Of a stretch of DNA of 64,000 nt, positions 36,601 through 51,432 are shown in pieces (the stretch's first letter is position 1; each line of letters opens with the position of its first letter). Below the pieces are notes generated by a model. That model searched no databases and was not told where the DNA came from. It saw only the letters and a program-made list of their open reading frames with translations. The stretch comes from Chrysomallon squamiferum (lineage: Eukaryota > Animalia > Mollusca). Location: the NCBI GenBank assembly GCA_012295275.1, contig CM022669.1, forward strand, positions 7,440,001-7,504,000, given 5' to 3'. The translations under genes and the position numbers were made by a program.

Positions 36601-38590
36601 ATAATTTATTATTAAAAATTTGTGATTATTTGTTACATAAATGTTTAAAAGAAAATAGAAATCAGAATACTTTATTTTAGTTTTCTAAACAGAAAGAATA
36701 AAAACAAAAAAACCTGCAAATTTTTCTTCCTTGATGTAATGGTCTATCAGAAGATTGAAAGCAAAATAATCAGGAAACAGTCCATAATTAACCTGCAATA
36801 TACATATTAATTAGCACAGCCCCATTACATACATTTAATATTTATATTATACCTGTTACACAGCATTCCTAAAATTGATCTATTTATAGGCCAAAAAGCT
36901 TCTATTTCAAAAATTCTACAACATTTAGTAAACTATATCACACACACACAAAAATAAAAATGTTTTAATCAATGTATAATAATTTAAAAACAAAAAAAAA
37001 AATTTAATAGCAGCTGATCATAACAATTACACAAAACATTTTCAAAAAATATATTGTAGTCACAAAAAACCCCAACAGTTTTGTGGTAACAACAATAAAA
37101 TGATACTTTTTAATGAAATTTAAATTAATTGTTACCCTGTCTTTGATCATGACAAGAAGTCGGTCAACCAAACCAAGGTCAAGGTAAGCTCTGATGATAG
37201 CGTGAACTATTGAATCATAAACTGGAACTGCATCTTCTGTGTAACGAAACCTTAAAATATTAAAAAACCACTAGGAGTAAAGATAAATTATTCATGATTT
37301 GGATTTTCCTTGTAACCTGTATAGGTACCAAACCATTTACTGGCCCAGCTTGGAAGCAGAAGGGTCAGGATTTCATGATAGAATCTAAATCTTTATCTAA
37401 TTAATACTTTTCTAAAGCAGGGACTGATTGATCTTTATTAATTCATTATTTATTTATTAATTATTGTGTCATCTGAACTCAGCAGTATTCTCTCTTGTAT
37501 TGCTGTCACCCAAACTAAAATACAGCAGGCTGAATTCACAAGTACCAGTGTCAAAAATAGCCACTTTTCTGGATTTTTTAGATTTCTGGAAGCCAGATAC
37601 ATGGTTCAGAACCTGTACCTGTAGTTTATCCAGTAACAATATGTTCAGTTACATCAGAATCTCCAGATTTCTCTCAATAATTTTGGTTAGTGCTGAACAA
37701 TACTTTGGATATTAACTGTCATGGTTCAAATTTATGACATTAGATCATGAAATCCATCTTACTAGAAGTTATAAGGTTAATGTTACTGAAAGTTTAACTG
37801 CAATTCTTTATGAGTAATATTATTTTTTTTATATTTAATTTCTTTAAATGTGTGTAGTTATTTCAGTATATATGAATTACATGTTTCCAAACCTATAAAT
37901 GAATCCACTGACATTCATTTTACAAAAATAAATAAATAATTTACTACACTTACTTTTTTATTATATCTTCCATAAAACTGGTATCAGAAATGTCCATTTC
38001 ATGCAGCTTGTTAGCAAACTAAAAATAAAACATCATTGAAACATAAAATTTATTGACAAAAAAAATAATACAAGGTTTCTTTCTAATACATGTTATGAAC
38101 TACAAATGTCTGTTAAGATCCCAACCAGGAAACAAATATATGTCCAAATTTCAATTTGTGAACATTTTTAATAACATACTTGTAAACAATCTTTGAAAAA
38201 TAATAAGTGTAAAACTGATATTACTATTCAGATTTCAACAAAAGAAACCGAAATCAAAGTTATTTTAAAACAATTCCACCAAAGAGATTTTGATGAGGTA
38301 GCTTGTAACACTTTCAGATGTTAAGTAGTATTTATTGTGAGCCTGAAAAATGTCCAAAACGTGCTGCTGGAAAGAGAGCCAATAATGATATCTTCTTATA
38401 AAAACCAGAATGAGAACTTGTATTGCACAGAAGTATTTATTGAAGCTTCAAGGGATAATTTTCTATGTTTGACAAAGAAAATCAAACTAATGTTTATTTA
38501 CTCACAATATCCATATCAATAACACTGGCTCGTTTTTGTTTTTCTAGTTTCTCTTTCAGTTGAATTGCAAACTCACCTGCAAGAAGCAAA

Positions 38591-38621
<31 letters not shown>

Positions 38622-39718
38622 TACAAATATATTATTATCTATCTATCTCTCTAACTGTCTGTGTATAGATAGACAGACTGATAGAATGAAGGTAAATATG
38701 ATACTGTTGTGTAAATGTAACTGGCATAACATACATTAATTATTATATTTGATAAATAAAACTAAATGTATACACAACTTGATGAAACATATTAAACAAA
38801 CTTGGTCACAAAATTCTACATACCTAGTCTGAAAATAAAATCCAGTGTACATAATAAAAACATAATTTCCTAGAAAATAATAACTAAAAGTTTTTAATTG
38901 TTGATGGATGGTTTGTTTATTTGTTTTGTTTTATTTTGTTTTATTTTCTTCTTCTTATTATTATTATTATTTTTTTAATATATATATATATATAACAATA
39001 TCAAAATGTATTTAGATGCTTAATTTAGGATTTTCAAATCATCTAGATCTGTCTGATGTAAATTATTTAAACAAGAAATACTTACTGAAAACTATTTTTT
39101 CGAATACAGGAGACTGCAATCTTTTCTGCCAAACATCATTACAGCTGTATGCTTCTGACAGAAGATATCGTCTGGCTGAAAACAGTATTTACTACTATTA
39201 GTCATAATCACTGAAAAGTCTTCATACAAGACTCACGCACCCCATTCAAATTCTACATATGTCGATAAGAATTATTTCAATTTGTACTGCAATAAAATTT
39301 TAAAATATGATACCGCCAATGACAGAAAAATATACCGATGTTCTGTCGGGCTCAGAAATCTTCTTATTACTATTAAGTATTATTCAGTTGACTGTAAAAC
39401 TGCAGCAATTTTGTAATTTAGCACTTGGTCATTTACGGTACATTAGGGTTAACTTTACGATTTTAGAAATAACAATAATTTATAATAAGTCAGAATAACT
39501 GAATCTGTTGAGTTAATCACGTTACAATGACAATGTCGATCTGCTTTACCGTGGAAAGGCCTATTAAAACTAATTAATTAAAATTTAAAGAGGCATGATC
39601 TAGATATTAAACTGCACCTAAATTATATTTCACCTGAAAATGATATGTTTCTCCTGAACAATTTCAAATTAATATGCCTATTGGCATAAGCCAAGGTCCT
39701 CCACATGGAGGTCGCCAT
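33675..39718 (-). CDS. MRPS27: Mitochondrial ribosomal protein mS27 (PPR-type), about 483 aa; exons 39718-39634, 39175-39086, 38576-38506, 38018-37954, 37250-37136, 36792-36714, 36166-36018, 35525-35277, 34859-34710, 34073-33675
   Basis: The N-terminus resembles a basic mitochondrial presequence. Recalled MRPS27 motifs are present: RRYLLSEAYSC..W..RL, DIFANK, KFRYT, HAIIRAYL, NYGLFPDYFAFNLLIDHY, MMLQE, V.YIRQPHYDDHFDIKD...LLGKTL. Ten exons join with consistent phases to a stop at 33675. Confidence 0.9.
37322..37615. mobile_element. Short degenerate copy of the TIR element at 49872-50521, in an MRPS27 intron
   Basis: The left end TAGGTACCAAACCATTTA and right end ATGGTTCAGAACCTG|TA are imperfect inverted repeats. 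Internal words GATTTCATGA and GATCTTTATTAA are shared with the longer copy. Confidence 0.55.
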
Positions 39719-42122
39719 AATGAATGGGAGGTAATTGTCATATAATGATTATCTCCCTTCGTTATACAGGGATATATTTAATATGAATTTCAATTTTATC
39801 CAGACAGTGATTTCCCCTGTAAAACACCAGACGATGTAAATATATCAACTTGTAAATTTTAAATCAAACAACAATTGAATTTTAAACATTCTTTATTTCT
39901 CAAGAAATCAAACAAAAACAGTAAATGGATTTCATATAAGAATATAAGTGTATATAGTCTACAAAAAGATCAAAGTAATTAAGAAAGGAAAATAAAAGTA
40001 TATTTTATTTTGTATTAAAAAAACGAAGATTTTCTTCCATGTAAACATTTCATCAAAACTTCACAAAATATATCTAAAGACATATTTTTTGTTTTTTATT
40101 CATTCCAAATAGTATTGCTCACACTCACAGAATGATACAAAATGTCATTTGTTTGCTAAAAACAAATATTAATAACCAAATAGGACTTCAATATCTTAAA
40201 CACACAGACAGAGACAATTTTATTCCCTCTGATACAAAAAGGAAATTTAGAGAAATTAAGCTAAAAATTTAAAATACATGTACATTCAATTTGTCTTATT
40301 TCCCCGATTTGGAAAAAAATAACCTTCCAAAAGCATGTTTCTGAGAAACAAATTTTAAATATACAGTATATACGATCTATTCAAAGAAAAAGTAAATAGG
40401 AATCTCCTACATGAAACCTAGGGGTTTAAAAAAAAAGAACAAAAAATAAAATCATCAAAAACAGAATGTAGATTTCTAAAACAATAATCTGTGTTTTGCT
40501 ATTTACTTTTCAGATATTGGTTTCAGAAATAAAAGACTGTTATCAGTAATCTTTCTTTATTTTTCATTAACCTTTTCTTTTTATACAGAGCATCATCTGT
40601 CTGATTATTTTCAGGTACATCTAATCATTATAAAGAACATTTTCCAAATTTTAACTGATTAATTATAACCTATAATCAAACTATATGGGTGAGGGAAAGC
40701 TTACTAGTATTATTATTAATATACAGAATTTTTTTTTTCTGTCTAGTCATACTAATTTTAAAAAAAATAATAATAAATAAAAATTGTACATAATGAAAAG
40801 ATAAATAAAACCAACACAAATACGTGTATGTGTATTTATATACATATATATAAATATATATATATCAAAGAAGAAAAAAAAAGAAGAAAAGAATCAGTAC
40901 AGAACTAAAAGAAAATATAAGTGTAATAGCCACACACAAGTAATGTAAATGGATTATGAACAAAATTTAAAAAAAGAAAACAGTATTTAAAACCACACTA
41001 GTAAAAGCAAGCCAAAAATCTCTAACGTTAAAACATTTTCAAATATATATAAATTTGTAACCACAAGAAAATTAATTATTTGACATGACAATATATCAGT
41101 GTGTAATATAAAAACTGTATTAAAACAAAACACCAAAAAATATATATTTAGTTGCAAAATATCAACTATAAAAAAAAATCAATCTATTCAGTATTTATCT
41201 GTTAAAAACAATCACAGAAAAATAAACAGTCAACAAATTAACCTAATAATTATCAATATTAAGTTATTTATTAAGCTGATAGAAATAAATACTACTCTAT
41301 AAACATTTTGATATGTATTTTCAGTTTATGCAAAATTTCAGTCATAAAAAATACCCAATAACAAACCCTGTTCCTTTCACTATCAGTAGTTTAAAACAAA
41401 CAGACAGCGTTCTTTAACACCTATATCCCATAGATCACAAAACTGCACTTATATTAAACTGGTATGGATACTAAAAGAAGATAACTACCCCAGATTCTGT
41501 TTGTTTCATTTCTATTGTGAGTTCATATCACGATAATGTCCACCAGCCATTTTACATATGTTCACAGGTACCTATGTCTCTATCTACTTATGTCAATACA
41601 TATGTATATTTGTACGTAATTATGAATGTCTGTTAAATATGTGTATATTTGTAACAAAATTATATATGTCTATGCTTGTTACAGATAGAAAATTGAGACA
41701 GATGTATATTTATTTTAAAGCTAAAATTACATTTAACAAGACAATCATATCGCAGTTTGCATACAAACTTCAAACCAAACACACAACAAATAGTTTACAC
41801 ATAAACTTGTAAACCATAATCAAAAAATTATATTATCCTAATACTATGCAGTACCTGTCAGGTGGCAAACAGTAGAATCTCACTTCATGAAACACCAAAA
41901 AAATAACTGCCACAAAAGACTGTATTGACTTTTTAAAACAGAAAAGAAACCTTTCCAAAAGGACATTTCTAGTCCTAATTTTTTCAAAATAAGAAATATA
42001 ACAATTATATAGAAGAATAAAAAATATGGCTAAATTGTTTGTTCAAATGACAATACATACAGTTTTAACAGAACAGTTACTTGGAAGAATTCAAAATGTC
42101 ACATAATAAAAGTTTAACAAAC

Positions 42123-42161
<39 letters not shown>

Positions 42162-42506
42162 CACACACATGTGTATGTTTGTATAGATAGATAGATAGGT
42201 AGATGTGTGCTTGTATAAAAATAAACCTTTATTCTGTACCCATAAGCAGGTGTCATTAGAAGGATGTGTGCTTAGATCATCTGCATAAAAATAATTTACT
42301 TAAAAATGACTTGATGTTGGTTTCAAAAATAAACTTTTACACATATACTAGACATATATTTTGAGTATTAACTGACATATACTCAAAAAAAATCATAATA
42401 AAAAAAAAAAATAACTCCTTACAATGCATACATTATTGCTGTTACATTCTGCAAGATTAAAAACAAGATGAAATATAATTTAACAGATATTTATAAAAAA
42501 AAAAAT

Positions 42507-44971
42507 TTATGCTGTACTATTTGATAACATCTCATCCTCATTTTCATTGGTTGGATTTGCCGTGATGTCACACATGGAATGGTGCTCATTTGGTTCTGCG
42601 TCTGTAACTGGCTGGCGTCTTTTGAGTCCCTCAGTGTCACTGATGTGATCAGGAAGTGGCATGCCAACGGTTTCAAACATGACCATCATGAGGACAGCAC
42701 ACACCAGAGCAAGACAACCAAACACAGTGAAAGGAACTGCTGAATAACTGTTACCCTGAATCACAAAACATAATAACAACAATATATAAAACAGTCAAAT
42801 TACCATGTTAATATATCTTGCAATAGTTAGATCTGCAAATGAAAACTCCAGCTATCAGCCATTATTTATTGTTTTTCTGTTTTGTTTTCTCTATCGATCC
42901 AGTTAGCTAGGTCAAAAAAATTTATTTATGAATTAAGTGGATATTTTGTGACAGTTTTTACATTATATCTTCAAATCTTATTTAATATGATAATGAAGTT
43001 TCTGTATTTTATCTATAAGGGACATAATTTACTTTAAATAATATATATAATAATAATAATATAAATGAAAAAGAACATACTGTCTTTAAAAATACATAGA
43101 AATTCATTAAAAAGTTACAAAATCCCCTTTATACGGACATTTTTAAAACTTAACATAACTCACCATATACACAAACTGTGGAGCCACTATTCCTCCAATT
43201 CTGGCAGCCATAGAACAAGCTCCAATTCCAATATTTCTGAAAACAAATTATTAAAATAATATTTTGTTATATCATATCATGTTGTTACATTACATTAAAT
43301 TATGTAACAATACTGTACATTATATTATATTACAGCACTGTAATATATTATATTATGTTGTATTGTATTGTATATAAAGAGTCTGGCGTCAAAGAAATTG
43401 TTATATAATGCAGTATTATCTGATATATAATTCTGCATTTTTGTTGAAGCCTGTAAAGCCTTTAATTTTTTACTAAAGATTAAAAATAATCAGCAGATTA
43501 ACAGATTTGCTGTCGTAACAGAAACAGCAGAGAAAGTGTTGAACTGTGTTGTTTGTAATAATTTGTTTCTTTTTTTTTATTTCTCTTTCTTTTATAGATA
43601 TAAATATACCTATTGACTGTAACATTATTTAATTTATTTTTATTTAATTTATGAGTTTGCTGCTACTAAATGTTTCTGTCAAAATAAAGGGTTAAGCACG
43701 TCACCTGATAACGGTGGGAAATGTTTCTGCAGAAAACACTTGTACAGCTGCCCATGCTCCTGATATTCCTGACTTGCCAATCAGAAAAAGAGCTATGGTC
43801 AGTTTTGGCATGTCTTTCATATGACCTGAAAGATTAAACATACTTAACATACTTATATTTTATAAATATTTAATACATATGCATATATATAAAAACAACT
43901 TTTGCAGATTTCATAAAATCATTTTATTTACTTTAAACGTAACTAGAGATATCACAAAAAAGCCTGAAATAAATATTCATTACTACTGAGTGACTTGTTG
44001 CCAAGAACCAAACTTTGCTAATAATAAAGAATTTCATTTACATTTCTTTTCTGGTGGGGTGTGTGCATCATAAACAGTCAATTCTATACATGTTCAATGT
44101 GACAACTAATGCCCATAAATCATTGCAAAAATCAGATGTTAAAATGATTCTACATTTTTAAACAACATATACCAGTATTTAAATACATTACCATGGAGTA
44201 TTTAAATACTGTTATATTTGTCACAAACACATATTACCCAAAAATATATGAATTACATTTGTGGATATAAGTATGAGAGTTTTTGTTAAATATTTGGTTG
44301 GAACAAACATTTTACTGTATTTAACAACAGGTGGTGTTAGAGCATACGATTTCATTTTACTGAAAAATATATGTACATATGTGAAAGGTAAACAAAACTG
44401 TATATCCATGGCTGAATAAATCTCTGTATAAATATCTAAATATTGTCTCTGGATTTCATTTTTAAAATGTCATGAATATTTCTTCCAACCCAATATTTTC
44501 AAATAATTTTTTAAGAGGAAACAATTACTACTTGATGTGTTAATTGGTATCATCAGCTCACCAGTCAAATCAACTATCAAAATTGAGAAGCAGAACAACC
44601 CTGCCATCAACATCAGTGACGTTGTTGTAATTCGCCTACCAAGACGATTGTTGAAGACCACAACAAAAACCAGAGCCGGAATCTCGACAAGACCTGACAG
44701 GAAAACGTTGAGGTAACGATTGCCCGCCAAATTTTTGGCATTAAAATTCAGTCCATAATAAACTGAACTGGAAACAAACCTTGAGAAAATAAAATAAAAT
44801 AAATAATAATAATAACAATAAATACAGTTTTATTGATCATAACCACAAAGAATTAAATATAAATGTTTTTTTTAATTAGTAAATTTTAAAAAAATGCATT
44901 AGAATATTAACAAAACCACTGACATCAATTAGTATCATAATGGAAATTTATTTAACTATTTGAACATAATG

Positions 44972-45033
<62 letters not shown>

Positions 45034-45465
45034 TTAATTAACACCCAATATACTCGACATTTTGTTTTTAAATATACTTGTATTTATATTAGATTTTGAA
45101 AGCAGTGTACAGTTAACAATATTATTTACAGTATTAAAAAGTATATTAAATTTAGACACATTCTTTTTTTATATATAATAAAAGAATATAAAGACATTTT
45201 GATTTACCATCCGTAAATAAGAATCAAAGTTCCTCTTGTAAGTCTCCATGTAGAAAACAAATGGCAGTAAGAATATTTTCGTTGATCCACCCTTCTTTGG
45301 TGCTCTCTCTTAAATGGTTGAAATTTTAATAATTGTCAAAAATAGTTATTTTAACATCATTCTATATTTTATTTTATTTTAATTATTTCCTTCATTTCAT
45401 TTTAATTATTTCCTTCATTTCATTTTAATTATTTCCTTCATTTCATTTCAATTTCAATTTATTTT

Positions 45466-45523
<58 letters not shown>

Positions 45524-48301
45524 TTTTTTTTATTTACAATATTGTCCCACAATAGAAATCAAAGTGGAAAACCTATTCATCAATGATAATTAATAGATTA
45601 GATGCCATTATAAGAATTATCTGAGATGGATGTTGAATATAATGGAACAGACAACACTTAAATACTGATCAGTGAAACCATGATATAGTACAATGGAGAT
45701 ACTATAAAATTCGGTGTTGCTGACCCGCTAAAGCAGTCACTCAATGTATACAAGAGAAATCAAGGAGATTAAGATCCAGTCTGGGTTGTGAACAGTTTAA
45801 TATGCTTAAGGTTATTTATATTTGTCACATTTTATATATAACATAAACATTTACTAAGTAACTTTCTTCAACACTGTTTTTTTTGTTTTTTTTGTAATAT
45901 TAACAAATGCTAACATTTTAAACTAAATAAAAAACATAAAAAACAGATAATTAATATTGGAATATTAATTCACTACAGAATCCACAGACAAATAATTGAC
46001 ACTGAGTTGTTTAAGAACTGTGTAAACAGCTTCAGCAGACAAGCACTAACCTCAACAAACCGAGTGAGTGATGAGTAATCAGGAACCGGCTGCTGGTTGT
46101 ACTTGGCCATGGTTGTGATTATTTCTATTGCTTCTTTGAGTCTACCTCGACTCAGAAGCCATCTTGGACTTTCAGGGATAAACCTGAGGAGTAAGTTAAA
46201 AAAGAACACAACTTGGATGCATTTTCTTTTAAATTTTAAAATCAGTGATTACTGGTTTCAAATTATATATGAAATCTTCATCTAAAGCCAACTTTTCAGT
46301 GAAAGATATATACTTGTACAAGTAGCACTGGTTTCCATCTCAAAATATGTAAAAACAATTACGTGCACATTTAAAAATTAGAGAATTTTTTATTCATCTA
46401 TTTAGAATTACAGATAAAACCAATCTTTATTAAATTATGACAATATAATCTGATGAGATAATCATGTCTCCTTCTTTACTAAAAACAAAGATTTCCTATA
46501 GAATGGGTGTATTATACTATTCTTATACTGAGGATGTATGTTACTAATTTTATTACACACCACCATGTAAATACTAAGAAAACACTCGAAGCTGAGGTTG
46601 CCATGGTGAGATGTCGCCAGTCACGTAACAAGAATGCCCACAATGCAAGAGTCATCAATCCAACAGCCCAAAACCCAACACAACCACAAAATGTCCGCCA
46701 ACTTGGAGTGACAAATTCCAGTGGTAAAACAAAATTGACTACCAAAGTACCTGACAAAATATAAATATATATATATTCTTTTTTTTAAACTGATTCATTT
46801 ACTGTTTAAAATATGTGTTGCACAGAATATTTTAAAAAGCCCAACAAACAGATTTATTTGTCAAAGATTTATACTGTGATTAAGAATCAGTAAACTTTAA
46901 GCTAAGCTTCTTTATTTTTCATTAATTATTTATTCTATTTTATTTTATTATTATTTTTGTTTTAATATATCAGTTTAAGCATACAAAACATTAATAATAT
47001 ACACCCACATGAAGTGCAATAGTCATTATTAAGTTAATGACAAAACTTTATTATTACTAAAGAGTCAGCTCCCATACCTAATAAAATATATCTGTAGCTT
47101 ACTTATTACCACCAGGGCTGATATATTTTTATAAAAAAAAACAATTAAAAGAATTATCCAAAAACAATAAATAATATTTTATTTTTAATCTCAAACCAAT
47201 AAGGAATATTTCAGATCTACAAACCTCCAACCAGGCCCCCAATAACCATCCTCAGTGCTGCATACAGCTGCCACGAAGTGACAAAAGCACTGCCAAACCA
47301 GAACAGAAGAAGAAGAATGTACTCAATGAATAGAATCTTTCGTCGACCAAAAATGTCTGCCAACTGTCCGGTGACAAATGCACCAATGAGAACTCCCACC
47401 ATTTTTAATGAAATTATGAGATCAGGAATGTAGTCTGCATTACAGAGAAGATGCCACTGGAATAAAAAAAAAAATTATTATTATTAATTATGATGATTGT
47501 ATGAATGTCATTTTAACAAAATTTCTATAAGTAGTAGTCTATATAAAAATGAAGTTAAACATTATCTGTTTAGTTGTGAATGTAAATTAAATTTGATGAC
47601 TTGTTTCAATACTGGTTTAATCATAGGATATAAACATATTATGTATCTACATGTGAGTATATGTGAGTGTATCTCTCTATGTATGTGCATCATTTATATC
47701 AGAAAAACAGATGACAATATTAATATTTCTATTCACTAATAACAAAGTAAGGCAAATAATGTAATCAAACATTTTATTTTGTCCCATAATTTTTCATTGT
47801 TCATTATTGGTCACTACTTACAAAACAAGACCATTAAGATTATCTATTAACACCTCTTCTTCAACAAAATAAAGAATAAAACAAGCATTCAAAATACATA
47901 TGCTGTTATCAGCATTTTAATGTGAAACAAAAGCAACACCAACACACTTATAAACATCTCAGCTGATTTTGAGCACAGTTACACTGTAAAGCTTATCAAA
48001 ACTCACTCACCTCATTGACAATGGATACGTGATCATCAGTGAAGACAATGTTAGAGCAGACGGCTCCATTTGTCAGACATATGCTTTTGTTGCCTGGGTC
48101 CAGCAAAGTGTTTATGTTGACGGAATCACTCACGTTCGCGCTGGTCTCTGCACACAAAGCCGAGGGTTTGGCTGAAGTGAATATTGGAAGAAGCATTGCC
48201 CAAGCGAGTGGTATCTCAAAAAATGAGACAAGGAAAAAGAGACGTCTCTGATATGGCCCAAAAGGCCGGATTTGTGTGAGAATCTCCTCATATTCAGACA
48301 T
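42507..48301 (-). CDS. SLC22-family (Orct / SLC22A15-like) organic cation transporter, MFS, about 535 aa; exons 48301-48011, 47456-47225, 46750-46561, 46183-46051, 45308-45208, 44779-44562, 43825-43705, 43236-43164, 42755-42507
   Basis: SLC22 motifs are present: FGPYQ, SIVNEWHLLC, GQLADIFGRR, LEFVTPSWR, FIPESPRWL, YYGLNF, LAGNRYLN, SGLVEIP, RLGRR, AETFPTVIRNIGIG, RIGGIVAP, FETVGMPLPD. Nine exons join with consistent phases. Confidence 0.92.
45377..45531. repeat. 23-bp tandem repeat (three copies) followed by an ~60-nt poly-T tract in an SLC22 intron
   Basis: TTTTAATTATTTCCTTCATTTCA occurs three times, followed by a T run at about 45468-45531. Confidence 0.85.
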
Positions 48302-49370
48302 TTTATTTTTTATTTTTAACCCCGGTGGGCTGCAGTCAGAACATTTTCCTGTCATAGAAAAATGGAAAACTGAGTTAAATATATTTACAGTGCATGTGTA
48401 ACTGGTCAGTTAAATAGATATAAAATGTAATTGTTATTGAATGTGTCTGTCTGTATGTGTGTGGAGAAGAATTAGAAGAATTCTAAATAAATCAAGGAAA
48501 TCAAAAGCAACTGATGAAAATCTTTTTCCTTTATATTTATGCAAAAATAAAACAGGAACTAATTGATTAATTCCTTCATTATTATTGTTTTTACTTTTAC
48601 AGCTTCCAAAATTGTTTCCGTTATTATTTAGTCTTGTAAAGAATAGTCTTTAGGTTGAATAAGATTAAACAGTAGTAGTAGTATTACGGTACCAAACCAT
48701 TTTATCCAGCAAGCCTTTGTTTTTATTCTTTATTGATTTCATTATCATTATATAAATTTTCTTCTAATTATGATTATATTTGTTATTAGTGTTAGAGCTA
48801 AAAGAAATTAATTTAAAAATATATAACTGATGTATGTAAACATTCTCTAAATATCTGTCTATGTTAATATTTTAATAGTAACAGCCCTCCACATGTGAAA
48901 ACACTGACACTGATGTCAGATGTGTACAATGAAACTCATATTTTGAATTCCAGCCAAAGAAAAATTCACAAGTACTTTCAAAACATTCCTAGTTACATGT
49001 GTCAACAAAAGCACTGCCTTTATGATTTAACTGAAATACAAGTGAGGATGCTATTAATACTAGCACACGCACATACGTACATATAAACACATACGTACAC
49101 ACAAACACATACGTACACACAAACACATCTACACAAATCAGCATTTAACAGTTAGCAAAGAAATGTGGTAATTCGGAATATCCATGTTCATGTTCACTGA
49201 TCTGATGTATCGCTTTGTATTATTTTATATCTAATGTTGTGGAAGAAATCTTTGGAAAAACAAATCATTAAAACTGACATTTTTATCACTATCACTTGAT
49301 AATCATAATGACAGCAGCCTGTTGGCTCTCAACAACAACAAAAAAAATAATAGTTATTTAAGAATAAGAA

Positions 49371-49411
<41 letters not shown>

Positions 49412-49871
49412 CGGAAATAATTAAATAATAAGAATAATAATAATGCTGATTAAGTAATAATACTAACATATCCAGCTTGGTAGGACCAAGTAAGACACAA
49501 ACGTAAATCATAGGTTCAATAGTTGAAACTTGAGCCACTCAAAGTTCAACCAGCCGACCAAAAATGAGTGTATCATCATCATGTATGCAGAGTTACAGTG
49601 TATCGAGGTATTCAGTCGCTAGTTATATTAATTTTTAAGTCTGGTCGTCTTATATATCAACTTAGAGGTAATTTTTAGACTCATTTAAAGCAGAATCAGC
49701 AGAACACTTGTTTAACTCATAGCGGGGTCATCTTCTTTTAACTTCTGATGTAAACAAAAACCACATGTCACCTTTTCGCTGTTTTCCGCAAATATTGTCC
49801 TTGGAAGGGGAGATTATCCAGATATTGTTATTATCTTTTTTTAATTATTATTAATAGTGGTAGTAGTATTG

Positions 49872-50521
49872 CAGGTACCGAGCCATTTATCCGGCAAGCT
49901 TTGACCGGAGATTATCCGGATTTCATGATTTGCTTGAATTCTGGATACAGGCTAAATATACACTTAAAATATAAAATAATCTATTTAAAATAAAGAATGA
50001 AACTTTATTTAACAAACGTACAAACGGTTTGATCTTTATTAATCTGTTAAAATTATTAAAATATCTTTATTGAATATCATGTATAATAATCAGGATGGCA
50101 ATGAAACGAAGAAAAGTAATGAACTTAATTTTTATTTAAAACATACAGGTACAAATTAATACAGGTATATTTATTATAGCGTCATGTATAATATATCGGA
50201 TGAAAATTAAATGAAGAAAAATTAAACAAAAAACAAACAAACCAACCAAAAAAAATAAATATTTTATTTAGTACAGATGATCTGGGATACAACAATGGCA
50301 TACGGTGAGAAAGTCGGCTCTATACAGCAACAGTCTCACTTAAACTTGGCGTTGTTCAGCACGTACTTCACAGAAAGTAAAACGGGTCTGCCGAGCGGCG
50401 AGTTAAAGCTAGTCTGATTTAATAAATATTTATTTATTTATTTATTTATTTATTATATATACTTCAGTTTTCTGGATACTCCGTATTTCTAGCAGCCGGA
50501 GGATAACTGGTTTGGTACTTG
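49872..50521. mobile_element. Non-autonomous DNA transposon / MITE (about 650 bp) with imperfect TIRs
   Basis: The left end CAGGTACCGAGCCATTTATCC matches the reverse complement of the right end (CAAGTACCAAACCAGTTATCC), which is followed by TA. Related ends occur at 37322 and about 48688. Confidence 0.65.
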
Positions 50522-50746
50522 TAATATTATTATTATTATTTTTTTTTTAATCAATATTATAGACAGGCATATAAAATTATTATTTGGTTTGTTGGTCGTT
50601 TGTTTATTATTACCAAACCAGCTTTTTTTTTTTTTTTTTTGTAGCAGTTTTATTTTATTGTCGTACATAGCCAAAACAGTTAAAACAGTAACTTGCAAAT
50701 ATAAAGAATGTTATTAGACCGTTTATTCGTAACGCCACAACTACAT

Positions 50747-51393
50747 TTAAGAAAAGGATATGTCAGTAGTCAATTTTCTCAAATACCTAACTGAGAGAAC
50801 CTCATAATGGGGTTTTGAAGCGCAGTAGTAGAACTTAGAGTTTTCGAAGATGATAAAAGTGGAGTTGCCCAGGAGCGTCACGGCAGTAACTCTAAATGGA
50901 GCCCCGGAGCTTCTTCCAGATCTTCTTCCAGATCTTCTTCCATCAGTGGTTTACTTCCAGTTACGAAATATCTGGCCTCGGTTTTGTTGTAGGTGAGAAC
51001 TTATACAACGTCGTTTTTGAACACGTTTAATTCTTGAAGGGTGTCGTCAACGTGTGTAATGCCGTCGAGATCGGAAAAGCCAGAGTAGCTGAAGTAGTCT
51101 TGGATTATATTTGTTGGACAGGACACAGGCGTAAACGTTTCTGAATCTCGACTGAAACATGTCACAGAGCTTCCTAAAAATAAAATAAATATTTTCATTA
51201 TTGCTGCTTTTGTTATTCACTTTCTTCTTCTCACTTTCTGTTTTTGATTACGCATATTTTAATTTTTTTTTTTTAAATTTTTTTATTCCTTTTGTTTTTG
51301 TTATTTATTTATTATTGTTTTTTTTTTTGTTTGTTTTTTTTGTATTTTTCTTTTTTTTTTAAATTTAATTTTTAATCCTTTTTCTTTTTTTGT

Positions 51394-51432
<39 letters not shown>

